Shown here in pieces: positions 9,004 through 18,296 of a DNA stretch of 37,110 bases. Source of the DNA: a virus. The notes beneath the pieces are model-generated. The model was not told the origin of the DNA. It saw only the letters and a program-made list of their open reading frames with translations, and did no database searches. Position numbers and translations under genes: made by a program. The stretch is taken from the IMG/VR virus record IMGVR_UViG_3300023504_000199. One strand, given 5' to 3'. Position 1 is the stretch's first letter. Each line of letters opens with the position of its first letter.

Positions 9004-9353
9004 TCTATTTCCTCCCTAATAGCTCTTTCAAAATCTTCAATTGCTTTTTCTTCAACTGGTTTTATATGTACTCTAGGTGCTACTCTACCTCCATTTTTTT
9101 TAGCATGTCCATGTTCAAGTAAATGTGTTAATTGATAATCTGTAGCATTATGTACAACTTTAGCTGTTCCTACCTGTTTTACTCTCCAACCTTTTTTATA
9201 ACTTCCAGTTTCAGATGGTGATGTACTTTTAAGAGTTTTAACTGCTTCTTTTGCAACTTTTTCTTTTGATTTTTCAAGACTTTTTTCTACTTCACTTGAA
9301 TATTGCTGTAAAGCCCTTGTTATTTCATTGTTTATTCCTCTTATTCTAGTCAT
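9000..9353 (-). CDS. HK97 gp10-like tail-component/neck protein
   Basis: 117 aa. The pattern SLEKSKEKVAKEAVKTLKSTSP...GSYKKGWRVK...LLEHGH is typical of the HK97 gp10 family. Overlapping start and stop. Confidence 0.65.
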   Translation of the reverse strand: MTRIRGINNEITRALQQYSSEVEKSLEKSKEKVAKEAVKTLKSTSPSETGSYKKGWRVKQVGTAKVVHNATDYQLTHLLEHGHAKKNGGRVAPRVHIKPVEEKAIEDFERAIREEIE

Positions 9354-9646
9354 CCAATCACCCTTTCACATGTTAACTCTATATCATTTTCATTAATTTT
9401 ATAAGTTTTTATAACTTTATATTCAACATCGTTATAAATAACAGTGTCCTGATTGTCATATTCAAATAAATATATTATAAAAGCAGCTCCGGGTTTCATA
9501 CCACTTTGAGCTGCTTGATAAAATTCGGTACGTGAAATGGACTTAACTTCACAAAATACCGTTGTTTTTTCTAATACTTCCATTTGATTTCCAATTTTAT
9601 CAGACTCATATATTTTTCTTACTAATTCTATTTCTGTAGTTCTCAT
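9350..9646 (-). CDS. Head closure / head-tail adaptor protein
   Basis: 98 aa, with size, position and beta-rich pattern typical of the SPP1 gp16/HK97 gp7-type adaptor. Confidence 0.55.
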   Translation of the reverse strand: MRTTEIELVRKIYESDKIGNQMEVLEKTTVFCEVKSISRTEFYQAAQSGMKPGAAFIIYLFEYDNQDTVIYNDVEYKVIKTYKINENDIELTCERVIG

Positions 9647-9655
9647 AAAATCACC

Positions 9656-9928
9656 TTATTTATTATATTCTGAACTTAATGTCATTACTTCTTTTAAGTT
9701 TTCAAAGCAATTCATATACTTTTCTGCTTTATTCGAGTCTGTTTCTAACTGTGCTTTACAATAAAATTTTATTGCTTTAATTATTAAGGGGTCCTTTTCA
9801 TCAGTAAAAACAACCCCAGCTACTTTTAAACTTTTTTTTGCTGCTTGTATATCATCATTAATATCGTCATCCAATGCATTAGATTTTATCCTAAGTGCTA
9901 ATTTTACCTTTTCTAGCACATTACTCAC
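9656..9928 (-). CDS. Head-tail connector (gp6-like)
   Basis: 90-aa helical protein immediately after the capsid gene. The LRI...DDDI...I..A pattern is typical of gp6-like connectors. Confidence 0.55.
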   Translation of the reverse strand: MSNVLEKVKLALRIKSNALDDDINDDIQAAKKSLKVAGVVFTDEKDPLIIKAIKFYCKAQLETDSNKAEKYMNCFENLKEVMTLSSEYNK

Positions 9929-9939
9929 CTACATTCATT

Positions 9940-11187
9940 TTAAGATGCTGATTCTTGTAGTAATACAAATGCTTTAGTAGTTAATATATCACCATCTACT
10001 ATAGAATATGTCATATAATCAGTCTTTCTACCTTTTACATGTTCTTCTTTATATAAAGAAACATTTTCATTTATATTCATTACATAAGCTTTTTTTACAT
10101 TACCTATAAGAACTTCACCATCACCTATAGAATCTTCTTCTTTTAATACCTTTCCTAATATTCTTCCCACTCCTCCACTTGTAGGATCTGGTATAAATAT
10201 AGGTCTTCCTGTTGTGTCTTTTATTTGTGCTAAATGTGTCCAAATTGTCTTATTATTGGCATACATGCAGGCCCCATTAGAATACTTACCTACTGCTGCC
10301 ATAGCTTCAGTTAATGAATCATAACTTACTTTTCCGCCTTTTGTATATTTAATTATTTGTGGTGTACTTGTTTCAGCAGCTAAAGCTGTTTTTATACCTT
10401 TAGGTTGTGGTTTAAATGTATCTAAATTTCCTGGTTTTCCTTTTCCTACATATATAGCTTTCCCTAATGCTGCACCCATTTTTTCAGCAAGGAGTGTAGT
10501 TATATATGGTATAAATTCTTTTATTGCCATTTTTTGTAATTTCCAAGATATAGTTATATCTTTTGCAAGTTCACAACCAGTAAGTTTTAATTCCCCTAAA
10601 TTAAAATCACTTTCTGTTACTTCTGTTGCTTCATCATACCATGCTGCATCATCTCCACTAGATGTTTCCTTTATTATTGTTAAGTCCCCTTCTATATAAG
10701 TAGGAGCTACATCTCCAAATAGAGGATATAATTCTCCAGCTTCTCTCCAAATACCTGCTCTAACACTTTCTGGTATTAAAACTTGATTATCTTTTGCAGT
10801 TTCTGTAGCATTTCTAAAATCAATATTTATTTTATTAAATATTTCATTTTCTTTTTCTGTCATACTTTTATTTTGCATGTGTTTTGCCCATGCAGAAAGA
10901 TATATCTCTTTTTCATCTTCTTGGTTATCTTCCCCTGTGCTTACTACTTTATTGAAATTCACCTTATTTTGTGGTTCTTGTATATTTACTATAGGTGCTG
11001 GTATAGAAACATTGTCTATTAATGCATTTAGATTTGCTTGTGCTGTTGCAGCTTCTTCATATTTATTATCTAAATCTTCTATCTCTTTTTTTACTGCATT
11101 AAATTCTTCTATTTTCCCTTCATTTAAAAGACTTTGTGCCCTTTCTATTAATTCATTTCTTTGTTTAAAATATTCTACTCTAGTCAT
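9940..11187 (-). CDS. Major capsid protein, HK97 fold with N-terminal coiled-coil delta domain
   Basis: 415 aa, follows the prohead protease. It has an N-terminal helical scaffold-like region followed by a capsid-like body. Confidence 0.85.
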   Translation of the reverse strand: MTRVEYFKQRNELIERAQSLLNEGKIEEFNAVKKEIEDLDNKYEEAATAQANLNALIDNVSIPAPIVNIQEPQNKVNFNKVVSTGEDNQEDEKEIYLSAWAKHMQNKSMTEKENEIFNKINIDFRNATETAKDNQVLIPESVRAGIWREAGELYPLFGDVAPTYIEGDLTIIKETSSGDDAAWYDEATEVTESDFNLGELKLTGCELAKDITISWKLQKMAIKEFIPYITTLLAEKMGAALGKAIYVGKGKPGNLDTFKPQPKGIKTALAAETSTPQIIKYTKGGKVSYDSLTEAMAAVGKYSNGACMYANNKTIWTHLAQIKDTTGRPIFIPDPTSGGVGRILGKVLKEEDSIGDGEVLIGNVKKAYVMNINENVSLYKEEHVKGRKTDYMTYSIVDGDILTTKAFVLLQESAS

Positions 11188-11914
11188 GTTTATTTTTACC
11201 TCCTCTAAGTTTTAAAAGTTCTAATTCTGCTTGTGCTTTTTGTATTAAAAAATCAACCTTTTCATTATTTAAATTTGGTTGACTAAAATTAATATCTTTA
11301 ATTTTTTCTAATTGATCTAATAACTCTTTTGGAATACTAGAAAAAGAGTTATATAAACCTTTTAATTGCTTATTTTGTATGTTTATATTAGTGTTTCTAA
11401 ACATTATTTCATCTATCATGCCTAATTCTAGTGCTCTCTCAGCACTTAACCATGTTTCATTATCCATTAAATTTAATGCTTCTTCTTCTGACATACCTGT
11501 TTTATCTATATAAGCATTTGCTATTGTCATATTTGCATTTCTAAGCATCTCTGCAGTATGTTCCATAACTCTATAATCTCCATCTACACCAGATGTTGAA
11601 ACATTGTGCACCATCATTTGTCCTGTTGGTGACATCTTACAATGTCCTGCCATTGCAATAACACTTGCTGCCGATGCTGCAAGGCCATGTATTTCTATAT
11701 TTACATTTCCTTTATAACCTCTAAGTGCGGTATATATTTCTGATGCCGCAAATACACTTCCTCCTGGGGAGTTTATTTTCACTAATACATCTTCTCCATT
11801 AGCTTTTTTAAGTGATTTTAATACATTCCTAGCACTTGTATAACTCCATCCTATCCAGTCATAAATCCACTGACTGTCATCTGAGATTATATCTCCTTTT
11901 ACCTCTATATCCAT
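11180..11914 (-). CDS. Prohead (head maturation) serine protease, ClpP/S14 family
   Basis: INSPGGSVFAASEIY and GLAASAASVIAMAG motifs. It lies between the portal and capsid genes. Confidence 0.9.
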   Translation of the reverse strand: MDIEVKGDIISDDSQWIYDWIGWSYTSARNVLKSLKKANGEDVLVKINSPGGSVFAASEIYTALRGYKGNVNIEIHGLAASAASVIAMAGHCKMSPTGQMMVHNVSTSGVDGDYRVMEHTAEMLRNANMTIANAYIDKTGMSEEEALNLMDNETWLSAERALELGMIDEIMFRNTNINIQNKQLKGLYNSFSSIPKELLDQLEKIKDINFSQPNLNNEKVDFLIQKAQAELELLKLRGGKNKHD

Positions 11915-13089
11915 TATTTTTCACCTCCTTCTTCTACTCTTGCTGTGTCTAATCTTCTAATAGGCTGGTCTCCACCAGCTATAGGACCCATATTTAATAT
12001 TTTTCTCCACTCATTTGGTAGTAATGATCCCCTGTCTACCATTTGGAAAAGATTTAATTTTGTTGCCATAGAAGCATATTGTAAATTAGCAGCTTCAAAA
12101 ATAAATTCATTTCCAAAACTTCTCATTCTAGCTGTAAATAATTTTATATTATATTCATTTATCCAATCGAGTGCAGTTGGTTCTATTTCAGACTCATAAT
12201 ATGCATTCCATTCGTCTTCATTGTACTTACTTTGTACTATATTTTCATTTGTATTGTAGTAATTATATAGTCTCTGTGTGGTTCTATCCATTTGTTGGGC
12301 ATTCGGAACATAACTTTTATATTCTACTTGCTCTACATCATATTTTGCATCTGCTGCAGCCGCTCCTGGAGTATCTGAATTTATGTTTAAGAAATTGTCT
12401 ATAAATCTTTTAGTTTCTTTTTTTATGTCAGCCTCTTTTAATACTTGTTTAAACTTAAGTAACCATTGAATTACATTACTATTTAAAATAGCATTTTTTA
12501 TTCCTTGATCAGTTACGCTTACTATTTCCATAAGCGGTAATAATATATCTGTCTGTATTGTTCCAAACACATCATTATTATTAAAATCTCTTCGTAAGTG
12601 TATTATTTTATGATATGGATATATTAATGAATTACCATTTACTAAAGTAAATTTAAGATACATTATATTATCAATATATTTTACTTCTGCAGAATAGCAA
12701 TTAACAGGATATATCTCATTTGGAATCCCATTTTCATCATCTACTATAATTGCAAAAGCATTATTATTTAGCATCAACTGCCATGTCATCTTTTCTCTAA
12801 ACTTCTGTCCTGACATCAATGGATTTGGTTTATCTAAAAGTTTTTTTATATAAGCATCTGGATTAACCACAAATTCTTTTTCATTACTCCTAATGTGTTT
12901 TATTTCACCCTTTCCCATTGCTTGCACTTTAACTCTTATTAAACTTGTTATTATATCACTTTTATATAGCTTCCCATTCCAACTATAAAATCCATTTCCA
13001 GTAGTTGTTACTAATTCTATTTTTGTTTGTGCTGGGGCATCTGTATTTCTACTTTTATTTTTCTGCTTAAATAATCCCATATTTTTCAC
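11914..13089 (-). CDS. Portal protein (HK97 family)
   Basis: 391 aa, directly downstream of the large terminase and upstream of the protease. Confidence 0.85.
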   Translation of the reverse strand: MKNMGLFKQKNKSRNTDAPAQTKIELVTTTGNGFYSWNGKLYKSDIITSLIRVKVQAMGKGEIKHIRSNEKEFVVNPDAYIKKLLDKPNPLMSGQKFREKMTWQLMLNNNAFAIIVDDENGIPNEIYPVNCYSAEVKYIDNIMYLKFTLVNGNSLIYPYHKIIHLRRDFNNNDVFGTIQTDILLPLMEIVSVTDQGIKNAILNSNVIQWLLKFKQVLKEADIKKETKRFIDNFLNINSDTPGAAAADAKYDVEQVEYKSYVPNAQQMDRTTQRLYNYYNTNENIVQSKYNEDEWNAYYESEIEPTALDWINEYNIKLFTARMRSFGNEFIFEAANLQYASMATKLNLFQMVDRGSLLPNEWRKILNMGPIAGGDQPIRRLDTARVEEGGEK

Positions 13090-13095
13090 CCCCTT

Positions 13096-14805
13096 TTAAA
13101 TAAGATTTTTATATTCTGCTTCATGTCTAGACTTCAATATTGTATATGCATTTAATAATGCTGCCCCAAGATCTATCCTTCTACGTTGATTATTGGTTTT
13201 ACATGGTTGAATATTTTCGTTCTTATCAATATCTACTGCTATATTAGATAAGCACCATTTCATAACTGGATTATTATTATAATTTACAATCTTCTTTTCT
13301 AAATCTGCTTTTAATTCATACATTGGTGCAGATAAAGTTTTTTTACCTTGAAATATTTTTTCCATAGCCTCTTTACCAAAGTAACCTTCCATCTCTTCAA
13401 CCCAGTAATCAGCACTCCAAGCATCGTATCCAATCCATGGTAAATATATTTCTAACTCTTCTCTTATTTCCAAAAACCATTTTGTAATATATTTTGGATG
13501 TACTTTATTACCTGGTGTTGTCCTTATGTATCCTAAATCCTTCCAAATATCATATGGTATTTTATCTTCTTTACTTCGTTTTTCTAGTAAGTCTTCTGGA
13601 AGCCATGCCATAGAAATACAGTAAATAGTATCATCCCCAGGTAACATAAAAAGGACAACTGCTGCAGTTAGATCAGTTGTCTTAGATAAGTCTGTTCCAC
13701 CTATACCATAATTAGGTTTTAATTCTAACACATCAAATGTTGCTTTATTATCTAGTTCTTCAAATGTCAACCAAGTTTCCCCTTCTGTTTGTCTTATATT
13801 AAAATCTTTACATAATAAGTTTTTAACTAAAAGTGGGTTTGCTTTTGCTTTATTAACTTTGGATTTTAATTGGTCTACTTTTTTTATAGTACCTAAACCA
13901 GGATTTGCTTTAGGCCAGCATTCCTCTTCTAACCACTCTTTCCTATTATCAAGCTCATAAACTATAGCTAATAGTCGCTCATTTTTATATCCTTCTTCAT
14001 CTTCGTATCCATTTATAGTCATATCTATTTCATCATATTTAATATCATAAATAGATTCTCTAACTGTTCCTGCTGTAGAAGTTATAAAAATTAAAGGTTC
14101 ATCCCTTGCACTCGTTCCATCTACTATTACATCATAAAGATTTTTATCCTTCCAAGCATGTATTTCATCTAGTAAAGCCCCATGAACATTAAGTCCATCT
14201 AATGTATCTGAGTCTGATCCTAAAGGTTTAAAAAAAGAATCGTTAAAATCACTATTCATTTCTGCTACTAATGGTTTAATCCTCTTTAGTAGTATTGGTG
14301 ATTTTTTGACCATCCTTTTTGCTTCCAACCAAATGATTTTAGCTTGGTCTTTCTTAGTTGCAACTGCATACACTTCTGGACCAGCTTCTCCATCAGCTAT
14401 CATTAAATATAGGCCTATTGCACTTGCAAGTGTAGATTTTCCGTTTTTTCTAGCTACTATTAAAATTACTTCCTGATATTTTCTTGTACCATCTATTTTA
14501 TGTACTATACCAAAAGTTGCAGCTACTAATGCTTTTTGCCATAACTCCAATAAAAATGGTTTACCTCCCATTTTCCCTTTCGAATGCTTACAATATTTTT
14601 CTATAAACGTTATAGCATGATTTGCTTTTCTAGAATTATATTCCCATTCACTTTGTTGATCATGTATTAATCTATATAATTCTTTATATACTTTATATAC
14701 TTTTTTACTTACAACTACTTTTTTGTCTTTAATTTGATACCAATATTCTATAATAGGATTATACGATAGTGGATAGTTAAATACTTTATTATCCGTTTTT
14801 TGCAT
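13096..14805 (-). CDS. terL: Terminase large subunit
   Basis: 569 aa. Walker A-like VARKNGKSTLAS, Walker B LLDEIH, and a C-terminal nuclease-like region. Confidence 0.9.
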   Translation of the reverse strand: MQKTDNKVFNYPLSYNPIIEYWYQIKDKKVVVSKKVYKVYKELYRLIHDQQSEWEYNSRKANHAITFIEKYCKHSKGKMGGKPFLLELWQKALVAATFGIVHKIDGTRKYQEVILIVARKNGKSTLASAIGLYLMIADGEAGPEVYAVATKKDQAKIIWLEAKRMVKKSPILLKRIKPLVAEMNSDFNDSFFKPLGSDSDTLDGLNVHGALLDEIHAWKDKNLYDVIVDGTSARDEPLIFITSTAGTVRESIYDIKYDEIDMTINGYEDEEGYKNERLLAIVYELDNRKEWLEEECWPKANPGLGTIKKVDQLKSKVNKAKANPLLVKNLLCKDFNIRQTEGETWLTFEELDNKATFDVLELKPNYGIGGTDLSKTTDLTAAVVLFMLPGDDTIYCISMAWLPEDLLEKRSKEDKIPYDIWKDLGYIRTTPGNKVHPKYITKWFLEIREELEIYLPWIGYDAWSADYWVEEMEGYFGKEAMEKIFQGKKTLSAPMYELKADLEKKIVNYNNNPVMKWCLSNIAVDIDKNENIQPCKTNNQRRRIDLGAALLNAYTILKSRHEAEYKNLI

Positions 14806-15157
14806 TTACAAACTCCTCAAATCCATCATCTATTCCTTTTGGAATATCTTTAGGAAGTAAATCAGTAAGTTGCTTTATAACACTAGAATAGTTTTTTATC
14901 ATTGTATTATAAATTTCTACTTCTGAACATTTTTTTACCCCCATTTGATTAGCTCCATTTTGATATACTTCTGTATAACCCTTTTCATTAATTATTTTTT
15001 GTAGATCTTCTAAGCTTATAGCCATAAATGCTGCATTCATAACTAACTTTTCTACGGTTTTCTTCTTTTTTTCCTCTATTTCCTTAAACATTCTATTTAG
15101 CTTGTTTTTTTCTTGATTTATCCTATCTTCTTTAGTTTTTTCTTTTTTTGTGGCCAT
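14789..15157 (-). CDS. terS: Terminase small subunit (P27-like)
   Basis: 122 aa, overlaps the terL start by 17 nt. Basic N-terminus plus helical body. Paired with an upstream HNH gene. Confidence 0.7.
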   Translation of the reverse strand: MATKKEKTKEDRINQEKNKLNRMFKEIEEKKKKTVEKLVMNAAFMAISLEDLQKIINEKGYTEVYQNGANQMGVKKCSEVEIYNTMIKNYSSVIKQLTDLLPKDIPKGIDDGFEEFVNAKNG

Positions 15158-15253
15158 AAGTTCACCTCCTTAACCTACACCCCCCTTGAAAATTCCTTGT
15201 GTATTTTTTGAAGGTCCTTCCCTCGGTATCCTGTTAGAGAAATTTAAATTTTT

Positions 15254-15556
15254 TTAAGGGGGGACTATTGGCTCGATGTCTCCAGTTGAAGTAAATCGAA
15301 GTCCATCTCTTATAACGCTTTTAGCTTCACTATGTATCTTTTCATGGCAATCTTTACATAATAAAACAAGATTATCTTCATTCAATGTTACATCTGGATT
15401 GTCTATGTTATATGGTGTTAAGTATGTCTTATGATGTACTATCTTCCCTGGCTCTCCACACTTAGCACATAACCCATGATACTTGTTAAATATATATTGT
15501 CTACACTTCTTCCATTGTCTACTGTTATAAAATGATTTAGCAAAGTCTTTGGCCAT
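15254..15556 (-). CDS. HNH endonuclease (packaging-associated)
   Basis: CAKCG ... HHKTY ... N..LLCKDCHEKIH form a His-Me finger with two CxxC pairs. The position upstream of terS is classic. Confidence 0.85.
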   Translation of the reverse strand: MAKDFAKSFYNSRQWKKCRQYIFNKYHGLCAKCGEPGKIVHHKTYLTPYNIDNPDVTLNEDNLVLLCKDCHEKIHSEAKSVIRDGLRFTSTGDIEPIVPP

Positions 15557-15570
15557 ACTATTCTCCTTTA

Positions 15571-15602
15571 AAATAAAAAAGAACCTATGATCAATAGGTC
15601 CT
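15571..15602 (-). terminator. Rho-independent terminator after the lipoprotein gene
   Basis: Minus-strand RNA ggaccuau-ugauc-auagguuc followed by UUUUUUAUUUU. The G-U wobble pairs only on the minus strand. Confidence 0.6.
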
Positions 15603-15626
15603 TTGTATTTATACTCATATAGTATA

Positions 15627-16001
15627 TTATTGTAATCCTTCTATACTTTTCTTTACTTGTTTTATATTTGATATTGTTGCACTATCATCTGGCTTTTCTA
15701 TTCCTCTATAAACATATTTAACCATTTGTATGGAGTCTGTACCTAATTCATTTAGTAGCTTTGCTGTACTATATTCCTTACTCTCTTGCTTCCCAGCACT
15801 TTCAAGTATATCCATAGTATCTTTTCCATATTGATATAGAAATCCACCTTTTGTTATAAAGTAATCAACCTTTTCTGAACCTGTCATATCTTCTAGGTTA
15901 ACCTTGCTGCTTTCCTCTGATGTTGTTCCACTACAAGCAACACATCCAATAGATATCATACATACTAATAATACTACTAATAATCTTTTTATATTTCCCA
16001 T
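15627..16001 (-). CDS. Lipoprotein (candidate moron, for example surface exclusion)
   Basis: 124 aa. Signal peptide MGNIKRLLVVLLVCMISIGC with lipobox-like SIGC/VACS. RBS AAAGGAGTGAG. Confidence 0.7.
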   Translation of the reverse strand: MGNIKRLLVVLLVCMISIGCVACSGTTSEESSKVNLEDMTGSEKVDYFITKGGFLYQYGKDTMDILESAGKQESKEYSTAKLLNELGTDSIQMVKYVYRGIEKPDDSATISNIKQVKKSIEGLQ

Positions 16002-16066
16002 AAACTCACTCCTTTAGTTATTAATCTTAATTAAAGAGTATCTGCTTATATTAATATTCGCAACAT

Positions 16067-16366
16067 TTATTTTAATTCTAATAATAAGCTTCTTAATTTT
16101 TTTTTATATTTTTCATCTTTAACTATTCTTAATAAACATTCTATCTCCCATTGTCTTGGTGTGTTAGGTGTCTTCTTTCTTACAGCTAAATCTATTATAC
16201 TTTTAGCTTTGTTATAGTTATGTATATGTGTATGTCCTTCCTCAAAGTTTTTCTTAGTATTATGTACTATATATCCATGTTTTACCTGATATATAACATA
16301 TTCCTTCCTTTGATATATCTTTCTTGCTCCTGGTGCTTTATCAAAGTTAGGTTTATCACGCATCAT
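16067..16366 (-). CDS. Hypothetical protein
   Basis: 99-aa basic ORF, the first gene after the 16465-16500 terminator. No recognisable motif. Confidence 0.55.
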   Translation of the reverse strand: MMRDKPNFDKAPGARKIYQRKEYVIYQVKHGYIVHNTKKNFEEGHTHIHNYNKAKSIIDLAVRKKTPNTPRQWEIECLLRIVKDEKYKKKLRSLLLELK

Positions 16367-16464
16367 TTCTTCAAACTCCCAATATTTCTTAGGAACTTCT
16401 ATTGTTGCTTCTAATACTTCATTTATATCCTTATAAACTTTCCCACCTTTTTCAACTCCTTTAA

Positions 16465-16500
16465 TAAAATAAAAAAGGACTACTTAAATTAAGTAATCCT
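16465..16500 (-). terminator. Rho-independent terminator ending the early/middle operon
   Basis: Minus RNA aggauuacuua-auu-uaaguaguccu followed by UUUUUAUUUUAUU. An 11-bp stem with one G-U that pairs only on the minus strand. Confidence 0.65.
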
Positions 16501-16627
16501 TTTTCGTGTCATTTTCTGACACCTATCAAATCAGTGGTATTTTAAATGTTTTTTATTATTTATATAGTAACACAAGTTATGTACACTTTGTGTCTAATAT
16601 TTGTCTAAATTTAATACATTTTTTGTA

Positions 16628-17080
16628 CTAAATAACTTTTTTTATTTTTTCTATAGCTTCTACTCTTATTTTCTTGCAATTTGAAGTAGAATTTTCAAGT
16701 TTATCAGATATTTCTATCCAAGTCTTATCCTTAAAATATCTTAATTCTATAATCTCTTTTTCTAAGCTATTTAATACTTCTAAAGCATTATCTATTATTT
16801 TTACTTCTTTTACAGCCTTTGACTTTTCTCTTAATAATCTGTCATATTCTTCATCATGATAAAGTAACCATTGTTCTATTGGTGATGAATTAGTTGGGCT
16901 TGTCATTACTCTATCATAGCTTATTCCTTCTTTTTTATATCCACCTCTTATATATTTATCTTCTATAGCTTCTAGTTCTATTGTTTTATTCTTGATAATA
17001 GCTTTATTATAAGTATATTCGTACAATTTACGTTCTGCTTTTGTATAGGCACTATCCCTCATACGATTCCTCCTTATCAC
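16628..17080 (-). CDS. Late-gene transcriptional activator, sigma-70 region-4-like (RinA/ArpU-type)
   Basis: 150 aa. The C-terminal EKEIIELRYFKDKTWIEISDKLENSTSNCKKIRVEAIEKI resembles a sigma region 4 HTH. It is the last gene before the late operon. Confidence 0.6.
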   Translation of the reverse strand: MIRRNRMRDSAYTKAERKLYEYTYNKAIIKNKTIELEAIEDKYIRGGYKKEGISYDRVMTSPTNSSPIEQWLLYHDEEYDRLLREKSKAVKEVKIIDNALEVLNSLEKEIIELRYFKDKTWIEISDKLENSTSNCKKIRVEAIEKIKKVI

Positions 17081-17189
17081 GTTTTTCTATATCCTGCATC
17101 GCACATTCAATAGCTTCTATTGGACTTATTTTATAAGTTTCTATATATATTTTTGCCAATTCTACTATTTCATCTATTTTACTTAGCAT
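17052..17189 (-). CDS. Small hypothetical protein (45 aa, below the ORF-track cutoff)
   Basis: ATG at 17189 preceded by AAGGGGGGGA. Translation MLSKIDEIVELAKIYIETYKISPIEAIECAMQDIEKRDKEESYEG. It overlaps the next gene start. Confidence 0.35.
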   Translation of the reverse strand: MLSKIDEIVELAKIYIETYKISPIEAIECAMQDIEKRDKEESYEG

Positions 17190-17202
17190 ACAAATCCCCC
17201 CC

Positions 17203-17520
17203 TTATAAATTTACTAACACTGTATATACCTTACTTGCCCCTCTACCTTTTTTACAAAATGTATATCCTTCTTGTTCTTGTATATATTGTGCTACTTCTG
17301 TTTTCTTTGGTAGCATACTGTAATATCTAATATAAGCTTCTTTTATATCTTGATAATTAATATGTATATTGTTTCCTACTAAGTATTTATAAAACATTTC
17401 TATACTCTCAAAATCTTCTGTTTTAGCTACTATATTTTTTATATTTCCTTTTCTGTCCTTAAACGTTCTAATTTTGTGATTATCAAGAATTGAAGCATCA
17501 AAAGGGTATATCATCATCAT
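17203..17520 (-). CDS. Hypothetical protein
   Basis: 105-aa ORF overlapping the ssb stop. No motif recognised. Confidence 0.55.
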   Translation of the reverse strand: MMMIYPFDASILDNHKIRTFKDRKGNIKNIVAKTEDFESIEMFYKYLVGNNIHINYQDIKEAYIRYYSMLPKKTEVAQYIQEQEGYTFCKKGRGASKVYTVLVNL

Positions 17521-17926
17521 CTATTGCTTGAAATCCGTTTGGATCTAATCCTTGTGTAGGTTCAAAATTTGAATTTTCATCTAAGTTACTTGGATTATTA
17601 TCATTTTTTACATAATCTAAAGCTTGTACACTTCTTGCACTCACTTTAGTAAATGTTCTATTTTCTCCTGTTTGAGTTTGGTATCTATCTACTCTAAGAT
17701 TTCCTTGAATTGCTACTAATCTACCTTTTGTTATATAGTTCGCACAAAATTCAGCTGCTTTCCCTATAACTTCTATAGGTATAAAGTCTGTTTCTTGTGT
17801 CCCATCTTTTTTCTTATACTCTCTATTTATTGCCATTGTAAATGTTGCAACTGCAGTTCCTGTTCCTGATATATATCTTAGTTCTGGATCCTTTGTTAAT
17901 CTCCCCACCAATACTACACTGTTCAT
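17498..17926 (-). CDS. ssb: Single-stranded DNA-binding protein
   Basis: OB-fold N-terminus MNSVVLVGRLTKDPELRY, with acidic tail ending DDDDIPF. Confidence 0.92.
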   Translation of the reverse strand: MNSVVLVGRLTKDPELRYISGTGTAVATFTMAINREYKKKDGTQETDFIPIEVIGKAAEFCANYITKGRLVAIQGNLRVDRYQTQTGENRTFTKVSARSVQALDYVKNDNNPSNLDENSNFEPTQGLDPNGFQAIDDDDIPF

Positions 17927-18093
17927 TATTTATTCCCCTCTCTTCTTTCTTTAAATTTTCTAGTTTCTTCTTCTAGATATCTGTCTATACGTTCTATTTG
18001 TTTATTTGTAGTATGTATGTAATTCCATGTTGCTCCTGCTACAAAACCGATGCTAAATACTATGGAAATTCCTAAAAATAAAATTAATTTCAT
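17926..18093 (-). CDS. Small membrane protein (55 aa, below the ORF-track cutoff)
   Basis: ATG at 18093 with AGGAGG at 18101-18106. Translation MKLILFLGISIVFSIGFVAGATW... has one TM segment. Its stop TAA overlaps the ssb ATG (TAATG). Confidence 0.5.
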   Translation of the reverse strand: MKLILFLGISIVFSIGFVAGATWNYIHTTNKQIERIDRYLEEETRKFKERREGNK

Positions 18094-18104
18094 TTTGTTG
18101 CCTC

Positions 18105-18296
18105 CTAAACTTTTTCACAAATACAATTTTTAGGCGCTTTTTCTAGCCAATCATTCATAATCTTTTCTGCTTCATCTTTACTTTCTACTTTTATTTTTTG
18201 TACTCGTTTATCTTTTATCTCGTCCCATATCCACACTTCTTTATATTTTTCTATATATAATATAGTGCTATAAACAGTATATTTATATTTACTCAT
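18105..18296 (-). CDS. Hypothetical protein
   Basis: 63-aa ORF overlapping the upstream gene end. No motif recognised. Confidence 0.5.
   Translation of the reverse strand: MSKYKYTVYSTILYIEKYKEVWIWDEIKDKRVQKIKVESKDEAEKIMNDWLEKAPKNCICEKV

Noticed and set aside
10783-11215. Plus-strand ORFs 10783..11022 and 10877..11215
   Set aside because: They are antisense to the capsid and protease genes and give low-complexity translations.
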